A stretch of DNA of 64,000 nucleotides from assembly GCA_000004695.1 (NCBI GenBank), contig CM000150.2, forward strand, positions 4,736,001-4,800,000. Direction: 5' to 3'. Origin of the DNA: Dictyostelium discoideum (taxonomy: Eukaryota). Positions 1-13,182 of the stretch are shown here, piece after piece. Each line of letters starts with the position of its first letter. The stretch's first letter is position 1. The translations under genes were made by a program, and so were the position numbers. The notes below the pieces were generated by a model, which was not told the origin of the DNA, made no database searches, and was given only the letters and a program-made list of their open reading frames with translations.

Positions 1-1433
1 TTAGTTATTGATATAGTTAAGGGTATACAAACACAAACTGCAGAATGTATTGTTATTGGTGAAATCACTTGTAAAAAGGGTATTATAATTTTAAATAAAA
101 TCGATCAAATTCCTGTAGAATCTAGAAAAGAAAAGATTGAACAAGTATCTTCAAAATTAAGAAAAGCATTAGAAAAGACTTGTTTTAAAGATTCTTTAAT
201 TATACCATTCTCTGCAACTGGTGGTAGTAGTAGTGGTGGTGGTAGTAATTCTAATAAAATTGAACCAATTGGTATTGATTTATTAACAAAAGAATTATTA
301 AATTTTATAAATATACCAAAAAGAGAAGCAAAAGGTGATTTATTATTTGAATTTGATCATTGTTTTCAAATTAAAGGCCAAGGTACAATTTTAACTGGTA
401 CAGTTTTAAGAGGTAGCATTGAAGTGAATCAAATCATTCAAATACCACAATTAAATATTGAAAAAAAGGTTAAATCAATGCAAATGTTTCATAAACCAAT
501 TAAAAAGGCAATTCAGGGTGATCGTGTTGGTGTTTGTATAACTCAATTGGATTCATCACTCTTGGAGAGAGGTTTAGTTTGTTCAAATAATTCAATTCCA
601 CTTTTATCCTCTGCTTTAATTTCAATTGAAAAAGTTAGATTCTATAAACAACAAGTTAATTCAAAACAACAATTTCACATAACGATTGGTCATTCAACCG
701 TAATTGGTACAATTACTTTATTCTCTTCAAATATTATAGAACCTTTTAATTCAATTAAAGAATATATTTATGAAGATACTTTACATGCTACAACTATTAA
801 TACAAGCTCAAATGACAATAATACTATTAATAGTAATAATGTTGAAAATAAAGAATCATTTTATCCTGTTGGATCACAATTTGCACTTATTAAATTTGAT
901 CATCCAATATTATGTCCATTAAATAGTGTAGTGATCGGTTCAAAATTAGATGTAAATTTGGATAGTACCGGTTGCAGAATAGCTTTTCATGGTAATCTTT
1001 TAGAAGGTATAGATGATACCAATAAACAAAGTTTATTCTCAAAATTAAAAATATATAAAAACAAATCAAAGCAAGGTCAAGTTGAAAGGGTATGAATTAT
1101 TATTTATTTATTATATATTTATTTAACTTAATATAAAGATGAATATATTAATATAAATTTTTTTTTTTTTTTTTTTTAATCTAGATTCATAATGAAAATA
1201 CGATAATAGGTAAAAATTTATTTAAAAAAGATTCAGATATAAGTAGTTTTATTGGAATGAAAGTTTTATTTGAAACTGGTGAAATTGGTATCTTAGATTC
1301 ATCATTTGGTAAAACTGGAAAGGTAAAGATACAAATTCAAACTGGTAACACAGAGTCAATTAAATTAGGTACAATATTCACTTTAACCTTTAAAAGATTT
1401 ATGTATGATCAAAATAAAAAAAATAAACAATAA
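1..1433 (+). CDS. Selenocysteine-specific elongation factor (eEFSec/SelB), 3' portion. The 5' end lies outside the window. Exons 1..1089 and 1185..1433.
   Basis: Frame +1 is open from nt 1. It carries a G4 NKID motif and then a domain II segment (DHCFQIKGQGTILTGTVLRGSI, KKVKSMQMFH, QGDRVGVCITQ, LLERGLVC, KFHITIGHSTV) that matches human eEFSec almost residue for residue. ORF 424..1095 is the same frame. Donor GTATGA at 1090, acceptor ..AATCTAG at 1184, phase 0, stop TAA at 1431-1433. Confidence 0.8.
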
Positions 1434-1529
1434 TTATTGATTAAACAAATAAAATCTATTTTTAAAATCTATTTTTAATTTTTTTTTTTTTTTTTTTTTT
1501 AATTTTTTTTTAGTTTTTTTTATTATAAG

Positions 1530-1569
<40 letters not shown>

Positions 1570-1655
1570 TTATTATATATCACAAAAAATAATACTAATT
1601 TTCAATTAATATTATATTAAATTATTATTATTATTATTATTTACTATTAATTTTT

Positions 1656-4194
1656 TTAAAAGTTATTTCTTTGTTGGGGATTTTGTTGAAATTGTTGAAA
1701 ATGGGATGGAATAAAATTTTGTGATTGGTTATAATAATTTGAACCATATGCTTTGTATTGATTTGAAATGTCAGATTGTTGACCTTGTTGTTGTTGTTGT
1801 TGTTGTTGTACTTGTGGGATAGAGTTTACTTGATGATGGGTTGGGTTAAAAGTGTTTTGTTTTGGATTGGTTGGTGAACCAGCTGCTAATTGTGGACTAC
1901 CTTGATTGTTAAGTGGTTTTTGTTGTGATGGATCTTGGAAGTTGGAGTATTGTGGTTGTTGTGGTTGTTGTTGTTGTTGTGGTTGTTGTTGTTGATTTTG
2001 TTGTTGTTGTGGATAACCGTACATTCCTTTGTTGAAGTCTTGTTCTTCGGCAGAATAACCTTGTTGTGGGTGTTGTGGGTAACCACGACCAACATTCATA
2101 TGGTATGGTTTATGATAGTATGGATATTGGACTTGTTGATGATAGTAGTATGGATATTGTGGGTATTGGAATGGCATGAATGGTGCATGGTTGTTTTGTT
2201 GGAGTGGTGGTGATTGTGAACTTGGTTGATTTTGGTTGTTGGTTGGGTCTTGGTGTTGTTGGAATTTACCGTCTTGTTGAACTTGGACTTGTTGTTGTTG
2301 TTGTTGTTGTTGTCCTCTGTAGGTTGGGTTGGCATTACCACTATTTCTGAATTGCTTGTTGGCAGTGTTATCGTTAACTGGTGAAGTGGTTCTGTTGTAG
2401 TTTGGTTGATAAGAGTTATCGTAGAATTGTTGTCTAACTCTAAAGTCGTTTTCTTGATCAAAGAAGCTTGGGACTGGTACCATATATGGTTGTTGTAAGT
2501 AGTTACCATATTGTTGGTGAATGTCATTCTCTGACATCATGTGACCATCCATTGGATTCATTGATGGCATACCACCAATTTGATTTGACATCATTGGGAA
2601 AGTTTGGTAGTGTGGAATATTGTTATTAATTTGTTGATGACCATGCATTTGTTGTTGTTGGTGTTGTTGTTGTTGTTGATGTTGTTGTGGAATAACTTGT
2701 TGTTTTGGTACTTGTTGTTGAACTTGTTGTGGTTGTTGAGTAATAGCTTGTGGTTGTTGTTGAACTTGTTGTTGAACTTGTGGTTGTTGTGGAACAATTA
2801 TTGGTTGTTGTTGAATTGGTTGAACAGTTTGTTGAACAGTAGTTGATTCAATAACAACGGTTTCGGTGGTACTTTTACCAAATTGAACTTCAAAGTTTGG
2901 ATCAAATGAAACAGAGTCTGGTAAAGCGACTGGAGTGTCACCCATTTTATTGGTTTTGAATGGTTGACGATTTGGAGTGGAAGTGGTGGTAGTGGTTGAT
3001 GGGACAGCATCTTTTGGTTTCCATGCATGAGTTGTACCTGGTTTAGAACCAAAGTTTTGTCTTGGTTGTTGTGAGGTAGTGGTAGTGACTGGTGCAGTTT
3101 GTTGTTGTTGTTGTTGTTGTTGTTGTGGAACAGCAACTGGTTGTTGAACAGTTGAAGTTGAAACAGCTTGTTGAACTGGTGAACCTGGTTGTTGAACTGG
3201 GGCAGCTGGTTGTTGAACTGGGGCAACTGGTTGTTGAGCTGGGGCAGTAGCTGATTGAACTGGAGCAGCTGGTTGTTGTACTGGTACAACTGGTGCGGTT
3301 TGAGTGGTGGCAGTTTCAACGACAACAGCATTGGTTGCAGCAACTGGAGCAGTTGGTGATGGGGTTGCAGTTTCAGTGGTGGTTGGTGCAACGACAGCTG
3401 GAGTGGTTGCGGTGGCAGTAACTGGTGCAGTTGTTGTAGTGGCAACTGGTGCGACAACAGCTGATTTTGGTTGACTGGCAGCATTAATTGCTTCTAAAAA
3501 GGTTGGGGCTGAGTTGGTGGTAGTGGTTGGTTTTGTGGTGGTTGGTGCAGCAGTGGTGGTGGTAGTGTTGGTGGTAGCAGTAGTAGTTGATGGTGATGAG
3601 GTGGTGGAGGTGGTGGCAGTAGTTGGTGCAGTGATTGATGGTGATGTGGTGGCAGTGGTGGTTGGTGTAGCAGTTGATGGTGAAGTTGTAGCAGCAGTTG
3701 AAGCAGATGTAGCATTATTTGTATTTGTAGTGGTGGTAGTGGTTGGTGATGTTGTTGATGGTTGTGAAACAGTTTGAGCTTTTTGTTTGGCTGCTTCTTG
3801 TTGTTGTTTACGTTTATTTTCACTTTCTTTTAAAATTTCAACCATAGTTTTACCACCTGTAATATTAGGGTGAAGAACATTTGATTGATCTGCTGGTGAT
3901 GCTGTTGAGGCTGCTGGTACTGTAGATGGTGTAGTTGTAGTTGTGGTTGAAGATGGAATTGATTGATCGATATCTACTGGTTTTGGAGCAGTTGGTGATA
4001 ATTGTCTCTTTTGAACATGTTGATTTGGTCCTCTATTCATTGGTGAGGATCCATTTATTCTATTATTTTTAAAATTACTATTATTATTATTATTATTGTT
4101 GTTGTTGTTGTTGTTATTGTTGTTATTGTTGTTGTTGTTCATATTATTATTTGAATTTATTTTATTACGTAATTGTTCTTTATCGCCATCTAAA

Positions 4195-4226
<32 letters not shown>

Positions 4227-4668
4227 TTAGAAATTAAATTTGTATTTTTTTTTTTTTTTAAAAAAAAAGAGAATTATTTAAAAAATAAAATATTAATTTA
4301 CCTTTAATATCTTTTTTAATCTTTCCTTTATCTTCTTTCTTTATGTTATTTCTGTTGATATCATCTTTATTCTTTGGTTTGGATTCTTTCTTCTTTGTGA
4401 CTTCCTCCCAGTGACCGTGAGTCTCTTTAATAAGACCTTCAACGATATAAAGGATTGTAGTTTCAACGTTGAAATTTGTTTGTTGTAAAGCACTTACAAT
4501 ATCATCTTCGGACCAAAGTGGATAAACGTCTCTAACTTTTCTAATTTCTTCTCTGTGGTCACTGTTATTACCATTAGATTCTGTATTTAAAGTTTTGATT
4601 GGTTCCGAGTTGCCACCCTTTTTACCACCACCTGTTTTTTGTTGTTTTACTGCTTCTTTTTGCACCAT
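1656..4668 (-). CDS. CUE/UBA-like ubiquitin-binding domain protein with a very long Q/N/T/P-rich low-complexity region (Def1/UBAP2-like architecture). Proposed exons complement(4302..4668) and complement(1656..4189).
   Basis: ORF 4258..4668 encodes VRDVYPLWSEDDIVSALQQTNFNVETTILYIVEGL, which fits the CUE/UBA pattern, then reads through G|GTAAAT. ORF 1656..4142 (828 aa) is polyN/polyT/polyQ rich. In its frame the 47 nt upstream of its ATG are open back to an acceptor TTTAG at 4190-4191. Phase 1 donor plus the 2 nt after the acceptor restores codon GAT. The intron is about 112 nt of pure A/T. Confidence 0.5.
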
Positions 4669-4781
4669 TTTATATATCTGTATTTATATGTATAAGAGTG
4701 TGTATTGTGTTGTTTATTTCTTGTTTTTTTTTTTATGTAATTATTTTTATAAGATATCTGTTGAGTGAAGAAAAAAAAATG

Positions 4782-4819
<38 letters not shown>

Positions 4820-5538
4820 AGAATTTAATTTTTTTTATTTTTATTTTATTTTTTTTTTATTTTTATTTTTTTTTTTTTTGAGTTTTTAAAAATTTTAAGC
4901 AGTATGGCGAAAATACATGTGATTTGAAGAACAAAAAAAAAAAAATAAAAAAAAATAATAAAAAAATAAATAAAAAATTTGGGCAGTTAATTGGTTCCCA
5001 TATGAAAAAATCGAAAATTGAATTTTTTAAAACGATTAATTGATATTATTTATAATCGATGTTATTTAATTAGGGTTAAAAAATAAAAAATAAAAAAAAT
5101 AAAAATAAATATTAAAATTAAAAAAACGAAAGAAAAAAAAAAATGTTTGTTTATTTGATAAGTTTTAATTACAGTTGTATTTTTAGATTTTTTTTTTTTT
5201 TTTTTTATTTTATTTTTAAAATTAATTTTGTATTATTTTTTTTTTTTTTTTATTCAAATGATCATCTTAATGAGTTGAAAATGAAAACTATAAAGATTTT
5301 TTAATAAGAGAAATTAAGATAAAAAAAAAATAAAAAATAAAAAAAAAAAATAAAATAAAAAAAAAGGATGGTTTAATTTTTTTTATTTGTTTTTTATTTG
5401 TTTTTTTATTTTGTTTTGTTTTTTTTTTATTTTTTTATTATTATTCCAAATTGAATCTGTTCGACCAAATACGAATTATTTTTATTTTATTTTTTATTTT
5501 TTTTTTATGTGGGGGGGTGTTTTGTTTCGAAAGTGTGT

Positions 5539-5592
<54 letters not shown>

Positions 5593-5795
5593 ACAAAAAA
5601 AAAAAAAAATAGTTAAGAAAATAAAAATAGTTTGGTTAAATAAAAAAAAAAATTTAAAAGGATTAGACTTCAATGTCAACAATCCATCAAATCATTTTTT
5701 TTTTTTTTTTTTTAATTCTATAATTCCTACCTAAATCCCCAAACGAATAGTTAAATATTTATATAAAAAGTAAGAGTATGTTGTGATATGAATAT

Positions 5796-5833
<38 letters not shown>

Positions 5834-5843
5834 AAATTAAAAG

Positions 5844-5893
<50 letters not shown>

Positions 5894-5969
5894 AATAAAA
5901 TTGAAAATAATTTTTATTTTTTTTTTGAAGTTCTGGCATTCAAATTGACGTTAAATCTAAATAGGAAAG

Positions 5970-6016
<47 letters not shown>

Positions 6017-6506
6017 CTTAACCGAATTTTATTACTTGTTTAATTGTTTTTTTTTTTTTTATTATTATTAACAAATTGTTTTGGTTATTTAGTTTCTATT
6101 TTTTTTTTTTTACATCAATTGCCCACCAATTTATTTTTTTTATTTATTTTATTTTTATTTTTATTTTTATTTTTTATAATTTTTTTTTTTTTTTATTTGT
6201 TTTTTTCTTTTTTTAGGGGTTTGGAAATTTCAAACAAAAATATTAATAATTAAATCAATTTTTTTCCAATTTGGTATTATTACAAATAATTTAGAGTTTT
6301 ATAAAAATTTAGGATTTATTAAAAATTTTATTTTTTTTTCCCAATTTTTTCTTTTTTTTTAATTAAAAAAAAAAAAAAAAAAAAATCTTAATAATGATTT
6401 TTTTTATTTTTTTTTTTTATTTTTTTATTTTTTTTTTTGAGTCACCAAAGGCAAATTAAAAATCAAATAAAATAATATAACAATAAATATTTATTTTTAA
6501 TATAGA

Positions 6507-7244
6507 ATGGTTGAATTAAATGGAGAAATTGATATTCCATATGGATTATATATGGAAATTGAAAATATTAATAAAAAGAAACCACTAAAGTATTTAATAT
6601 CACATTCAACCTATAGTTGCATTTGTAAAGATGGTTTTGTTTCAGTTGAATGTGAATATCAGATTAGAGTATTTGATAGAAAAGAAAGAGGAAATAAAGA
6701 AATAGGAAACTCAATTAGCACCAAAGAATCAATTCAATTAATTTCCCAACAATCAACAATATTAGAGAGTACAATAAAATATTCAAATGGTAGTAGTAGC
6801 ACTGGCAATAGTCTTCGTAATAGCGGTGGAAGTGATATCGAGAATTGGGATGATGGTGAAACTGTTGAAGCATCCATTTTAACATCTGGAGAATACTATT
6901 ATTTACATATTAGTAGTGCAGGTAGATATTATGTAAAATTATTATTATCAACACCTTATTTAACCTCAAAAGAAGCTGGTATGAATTTACCAATTCCACA
7001 ATGTTCAAATAATTCAGTATTTTTTAGTGTACCACATAAAGATGCAAATATTAAAATCTTTAATTCATTCATTGATCAATCAAATTCAAGTTTAATTTCA
7101 GAGAAATTAAATTTATTAACTTCTCAATCAACAACAACATCATCAAGAACAACAGCTTTTGTAAAACTTGCAAATGAAAAATCATTAAAAGCTCAATGGA
7201 CTGTAAATGATGAATCGAATCAAAGTACTGATGTTAATAATAGC

Positions 7245-7302
<58 letters not shown>

Positions 7303-8747
7303 TTAATAATAGTAATAGTTTAGCACCAAAAGTAACTTCCAAACCAAATGTTACAGTAATTCAAAATAATTTATGTTCAATTGGTGAAGGATTACTATCA
7401 ATGAAATCACATTTTGATTATAAAATTATAGCTGGTACATTATCATTATTTAATGTTGAAATTGAAAATAATATTAACATTATAAATGTTCAAGGTATTG
7501 CAATAAAGAAATGGGAAGTTTTAGATAAAGTTAATTCAAATTCACCATCGTCATCATCATCTTCTTCTTCTGGATTTAATAGAATTATACAAATTCAATT
7601 AGATTATGGTATTGAAAATTCATATAAATTATTAATAACAAGTGAATATTCAATGAAAGATACAAGTGGTGAATTATCAATACCATCAATGAGATGTATG
7701 GGTGAAGAAATCTCAAGACAACGTGGTTTCCTTGGAGTTGAAGCACGTACAAATGTTGAAATCTCTGATATTGGTAATGAAGGATTAAGTGTTGTCGATC
7801 TTAAAGAATTACCACCACAAATTAGATCAATGGCAAATCATCCAATTTTATTAAGTTATAAATTCCTAGAACCACAATTTAAATTGGCACTTAAAGTTAA
7901 ACGTAATAAAGATTGTGCAGTATTGGTATCATTGGTTGAAAGTATGAGTTGGGTTACAACGGTTAGTTATAGTGGTAAAATGATTCATCAAATGGTATTA
8001 CTTATTAAAAATACACAAAAACAATTCCTAAAGATTCAAATGCCATGGGAGTATGAAATTTGGTCCACAGTTATGGATGGTGAACCAATCAAACCATCCA
8101 TTGGTGATTCAGATCAACAATTATTAATACCAATTTTAAAACCTGGTTGTTTTGATCAAAATACTCCAATTAAAGTCGAAGTTGTAATTTTACAAAAGAA
8201 ACTACACAAGTTTAATAATAATGGAAAGGGTAAATTTAATTTCGTAGTACCAAAAATTGATTTACCACTTCAAAATATATTTTGTACAGTTTATTTACCA
8301 CCATGTTTAGCTTCAAATTGTATTGGAAACTTAAAGAATGTTGAATCATTTTCATTAACTCCACCATCTGCTTCAAATATTAGTGTTAATTCAATGAAGA
8401 GACTACAAAATGTTGGTGGTTACTCTCAAAATAATGATATCACCTCTTCATTTTCAAAAGTTGGTTTTAAATCTGCAAGAAAAGCACCAGTTCAAACAAT
8501 ATTTGTCGAAATACCAACCACTCAAAATCAAATCAAATTTCAACAAATTCTATTATCTGGTGACAAAGATTTAACTTTTGGTTTCGATTATAAATTGGAA
8601 CAAGTTAAACATTTTAGAAATACAAATTTAAATAGAAGTCGTGCAATTACCATAAATCTTATACTCTTTATTTTATTACCAATTCTAACTTTTTATTATT
8701 ATTTTTATTTAAATAGAAATAATAAGGTTGATATAGTCTTTGAATAA
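6507..8747 (+). CDS. Hypothetical 746-aa protein with an internal polyN/polyS tract and a C-terminal transmembrane anchor. No recognisable family.
   Basis: Single uninterrupted ORF with non-repetitive, protein-like composition, about 600 bp of A/T desert upstream, and a C-terminal hydrophobic stretch ITINLILFILLPILTFYYYFYL followed by a short tail. Confidence 0.55.
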
Positions 8748-9218
8748 ATCGAGAAATCTTAAAACTACTCCTTTAGGTTCAATTAGGTTTCAAAAATTAT
8801 ATAACTATAAAAAAAAAATAAAAAAAAAATAAAAAAATAAAATAAAATAGAACCTTTTTTAGAGTCACCAGATATTTTTTTTTTTTATAAAACTTTTTTT
8901 CCAACCTCCAGATATTTTTTTATTAATGTTTTGTTAATTTTCCCTTACCACATGACGCGTTATTTTTATTTTTTTTATTTTTTTATTTTTTTTTAATTAA
9001 TCTCTTATTTTTTGATATGATTTCTTAGCGACAATTAATTTCTATTAATTTATGAAAAAAAAGAAGCTAAAAACCCATTAGTATTTTATTTTTTTTTTTT
9101 TTGATTATAAAACTTTTATGCACACTAGGAATTTGTGTTAAAGAACCAAGAGGAAATTTCTTAAACCATTTATTTTAAGCAAACGTTTTCTGGAAAAAAA
9201 AAAAAATTTATTTTTGAA

Positions 9219-9264
<46 letters not shown>

Positions 9265-9421
9265 TAATTAAATTAATTCAATATTTTTTTTAAACTCGTT
9301 AACTATAAAAATAAAACAATCAAAAAAATTTCACATTTTTTTTTTTTTTTTTTTTTAAAAAAAAATATCAAAACAATTCTTTTTCAAGATTTCCCTAACC
9401 ATCGCAACAATATAATAAATC

Positions 9422-12400
9422 ATGAATATTAAAATTTTATTTATTTTATTTTTTTTATTTATTAATTTAATAAAATCACAAATACAACAGGATCAATATG
9501 AATGTTTATATTCATTATTTTTTAAATATAATTCATTGGCAGTATTCAGTAATGATAAATCTGACCCTTCCAAACTGGATTTTTGTAACTCAACCGGTAT
9601 CGATTGTGAAGGAGGAAACAAAATCAAAAAGTGAGTAAATTTTAATTTAATTTAATTTCTTTTATTTTTTAAAAAAAAAAGGTTCTAATTTTTAATAATA
9701 AAATTAATAATTTAGGCTTTCTTTAGAAGGGGGAATTAATATTTTATCAAATGAAAAACAATTGGTCTTATTAGATATATTTTGTTTACCAGATCTTTTT
9801 CAATTGTAAATATAAATTAAAAAAAAAAAAAAAAAAAAAAATGAAAACAAATATTAAAAAAATGTATATATTTTTTTTTTTTTTTTTTTAATAACATGTA
9901 AAATAGATCAATTAAAAGTATAAATATTTCAGATGAAGTTTTATATGATAAAATGACAGATTATTATTCTTTAACAATTATTAATGTTATTGGTGATACA
10001 TTTAAAAATGGTATAACAAGACCACTTCCTTCTCTTATATTTTTGTAAGATCTATAATTAAAATAGCTTTATTTCCATATATTTATTTATTTATTTATTT
10101 TATAATTTTTTATTAATACAAATATATATATAGAAATATTGAAAGTAATAAATTAGAAAATACAATATTGAAATTCTCATTAATAGAAAAAATATCAAAT
10201 CTTAAAATTGAAGGTAGTTTTATATATTTGGAAAACGATTTAAGTATTGATAATAATAAACTTTCTTATTTAAAAGTAAATGCTTTAAATTATCCAGATT
10301 TTTCAAATTTTGAAATACTATCAACTGTTGATTTTAATTTTAATGATAATTTTTTAAAAGATTCAGTTCAAAATGTTTCAACAATTCCATCACTTGATTC
10401 AATGTTAATTAGAAATACAATACCATTGGAATTTAATTTTAATCTATGTCCAAATGTAAAAAGATTATTGGTTCAAGGTCCATTATCCAAACCAAGTGGG
10501 TATATAGATTTAACAAAAAATATTTTTGTATCCTTATTTTTAGGAAATCCAACAGAAAATTTTAATGTAGATGGAAATTTTCCATTATTACTTGCAGAGA
10601 ATACATATTTTACAATTTATAATTCAACTTTTAATAATGTTCCATCAAATTTAAAAAGAGGTATTAATTCACTTACAATGATTTATGAAACTATATTTTT
10701 AAATTCAACATTACCAAAATTTACTGGTTCAGGCTTTACCTTTATATATCCAAATAATAATATAATTGGAACAATAGATGAATCTTGGTGTGAAACTCAT
10801 TTATCAGTTAGAAATAATGAATTAGAAGGGTAGTTATTGTTATTATTAAAAAAAAAAATATTTATATATTTATATATATATATTAAATTGTTGTTTTTTT
10901 TTTTTTTAAATTTAATTTAGTTCAATACCTTCATGCTTTACATGTTATTTTAAAGATAATGAAACTTATTTAAATGGAGATGTTCTTTCAATGTTTGATA
11001 GATTTCTTGGTAATAAATTCACAAATTATGATAAAACAATAGAATGTACAACATTTGAACCAGTTGTTACAATTGATAAATCAAATGGTAAAAATAATGA
11101 AATAATTTTATCAGGTAAAGATATTGGTTTCAATTATAAAAGTTGGCTTTATAATGATAAAGTTATGAATTTAACAAAAACTAATAAAGTTGGTAAAAGT
11201 TATACACTTAGTATTGATGAAGATTTATCTTTATTAGATTTTATTCCAATTCATTTCATTTATCCAAATAATCAAACATTATTTTTCCCAATTAAAGATA
11301 AATTGTTTACTATAAGTTCAGTTACTTCAAAAGTTGATAATAATAATAATTTATTTTTAATTCAAGGTAGTTTATTTTCAACATATAAAGGATACATTAA
11401 ACAATTGGTACAAATTCAAGGTATAGATTGTAAGATCAATTTTGAAGATTTCTTTCATATAGATTGTATTACAAATCAAGCAATTCCTATAGTTGAAAGT
11501 AAATTTAAAAAGTTAACAATTAATTCTGGTTCATTTTCAAAATCAGTTTTAATTAATATTACAGATGGTGCGATAAATCAAAAGAATTGTATGAATGATT
11601 GTAATGGTGCTAATGGTATTTGTAATTTATATTTAGGAAATTGTATTTGTAATGAGTATCAATGGTTAGGTGAAGATTGTTCAATACCATATCATTATAT
11701 TTCATCGGTTGATGTTCCAACAACACCAAATGGAGTTTCAAGTTTTTCAGGTAACTTTGGTGATAAACATACCAATTTATCAATAACAATTGGTAATTTA
11801 CCATGTGATCCAATTATTTTGATTTCTACAAATATTATTACATGTAAAGAACCTATTGGTAGTGGAACTAAATTAGCAATAATTACACAAAATGGTGTAA
11901 ATGCATCTATAATTTATAATTATTATCAAGCTTATAAGCAATGCCCTTCAAATTGTTCAAATCATGGTATTTGTAATAACCAAACTGGTGAATGTAAATG
12001 TAATTCTTTATACAAAGGTTTTGATTGTAGTATTTTAATTGACAATGGCGGTGGTGGTCTTCCAACTAATTCAACAGTAAATGAAAATACAGGAGGTACA
12101 GATATATCAAATCAAGATACTCAATTTAAAATTTATTTTAAATCATTAGTTGAAGTTGATTTTAATGGAAATCCAATAATTGAATATAAATTATTAGATA
12201 ATTGGAAATCAATTAAAACAAATGATAAATTTATATATAAGCTAACTCAAAAATTGAATAATACTCAATGTGAAATCATTTCAAATATTGAAGAAATTCA
12301 ACAAATCGATGGTAAACAATTTACATTTGCAAATTTAAATTTCAGATTAGATCAAGGTTCAATTAAATTTAGTTTAAATATAGTTAATTATACTTATCAA

Positions 12401-12998
12401 AATAATTTAAATACTCTTAGACTTGATTTAATATCATCAGTTGAACAAATTAATTACAAAGATAATGAATGTAATGAAAAAGAAATATCAATTGATACAA
12501 ATAATAATAATAATAATAATAATAATTTATCATCATTTAATTATATTAAAATTTCAAAGAATAATAAGATATTAAATGGTAGATTCATAAATAAAGTTGT
12601 ATCAGATGGTAAAGTAACTTTTCTATCTACAACTATTAAAAATGATTCAAATTCTATAATTATATCTTTAAATTTACCACATTGTATAAATGAATGTATT
12701 ATTGATCCAGGTATGTTTATTTATTATAAAACAAAATTCTAAATTTTTTTTTTTTTTTTTTACTAAATCATAGTTTTTTTTTTTATTATTTTTAGATTTC
12801 TCATTATTAGTAGATATGAAATCATATGAATCATGTTCAAATGAAAATAAAAGAGAAGCTTGGTTCCTTCCAGTAGTCATTGTAATTCCAACTATATCTT
12901 TGGCATTACTTGTTATATTGATATTTATACTCTATAAAAGATCCACTGTTTTGAAAATCCAAATTCATAAATTAAAAAGAATAAATAAAAAAACATAA
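9422..12998 (+). CDS. Secreted or single-pass membrane protein with a signal peptide, an LRR-like region, two tenascin-type EGF-like modules, a TM helix and a short basic cytoplasmic tail. Six exons: 9422..9630, 9716..9805, 9907..10044, 10134..10829, 10921..12710, 12796..12998.
   Basis: N-terminal MNIKILFILFFLFINLIKSQ looks like a signal peptide. Donors GTGAGT (9631), GTAAAT (9806), GTAAGA (10045), GTAGTT (10830, non-canonical) and GTATGT (12711) pair with acceptors in matching phase that link ORFs 9422, 10168, 10991 and 12816. EGF-like motifs are CMNDCNGANGICNLYLGNCICNEYQWLGEDCS and CPSNCSNHGICNNQTGECKCNSLYKGFDCS. The C-terminal TM is WFLPVVIVIPTISLALLVILIFILY. Track start codons at 10168 (TTG) and 10991 are internal. 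Confidence 0.6.
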
Positions 12999-13182
12999 AA
13001 ATAAACAAATAATAATAATATTCAGAAAAAAAAAAAAAAAAAATCTGGGAAAAACAAAACATATTTAGCCCCACAAGCGTTTTGTTTTTTTTTTTTTTAT
13101 TTTTAAAAAATTGTCAAATTTTCATTTTTCACTTTTTATTTTTTTTTTTTTTTTTTATTTTTAAAATTATTTATTTAGTTTG

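Noticed and set aside
1886-3823. Overlapping ORFs on both strands inside the 1656..4142 gene (1886..2095, 1935..2213, 2096..2527, 2591..2797, 2604..2846, 2798..3484, 3494..3823, 3514..3777).
   Set aside because: They are alternative-frame or antisense readings of TTG/CAA/ACC repeats, giving polyL, polyV, polyH and polyN. None has independent start context or protein-like composition.
5480-5540. Possible tRNA or other small RNA at GC-containing islands in the A/T desert (TATGTGGGGGGGTGTTTTGTTTCGAAAGTGTGTTGATT), and at 47150 (ATGGGGGGGATATA).
   Set aside because: There is no tRNA cloverleaf and no A box or B box (GGTTCGANTCC). The segments are too short and lack complementary stems. No tRNA-like sequence was found anywhere in the window.
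4599-6253. ORFs 4599..4889, 5387..5734, 5494..5682 and 6044..6253, rich in F/K/L.
   Set aside because: They are translations of poly(T)/poly(A) intergenic desert.
8860-8925. Two copies of CCAGATATTTTTTT about 40 bp apart, downstream of the 6507..8747 gene.
   Set aside because: They are short, low-complexity and likely chance or slippage. Not reported as a finding.
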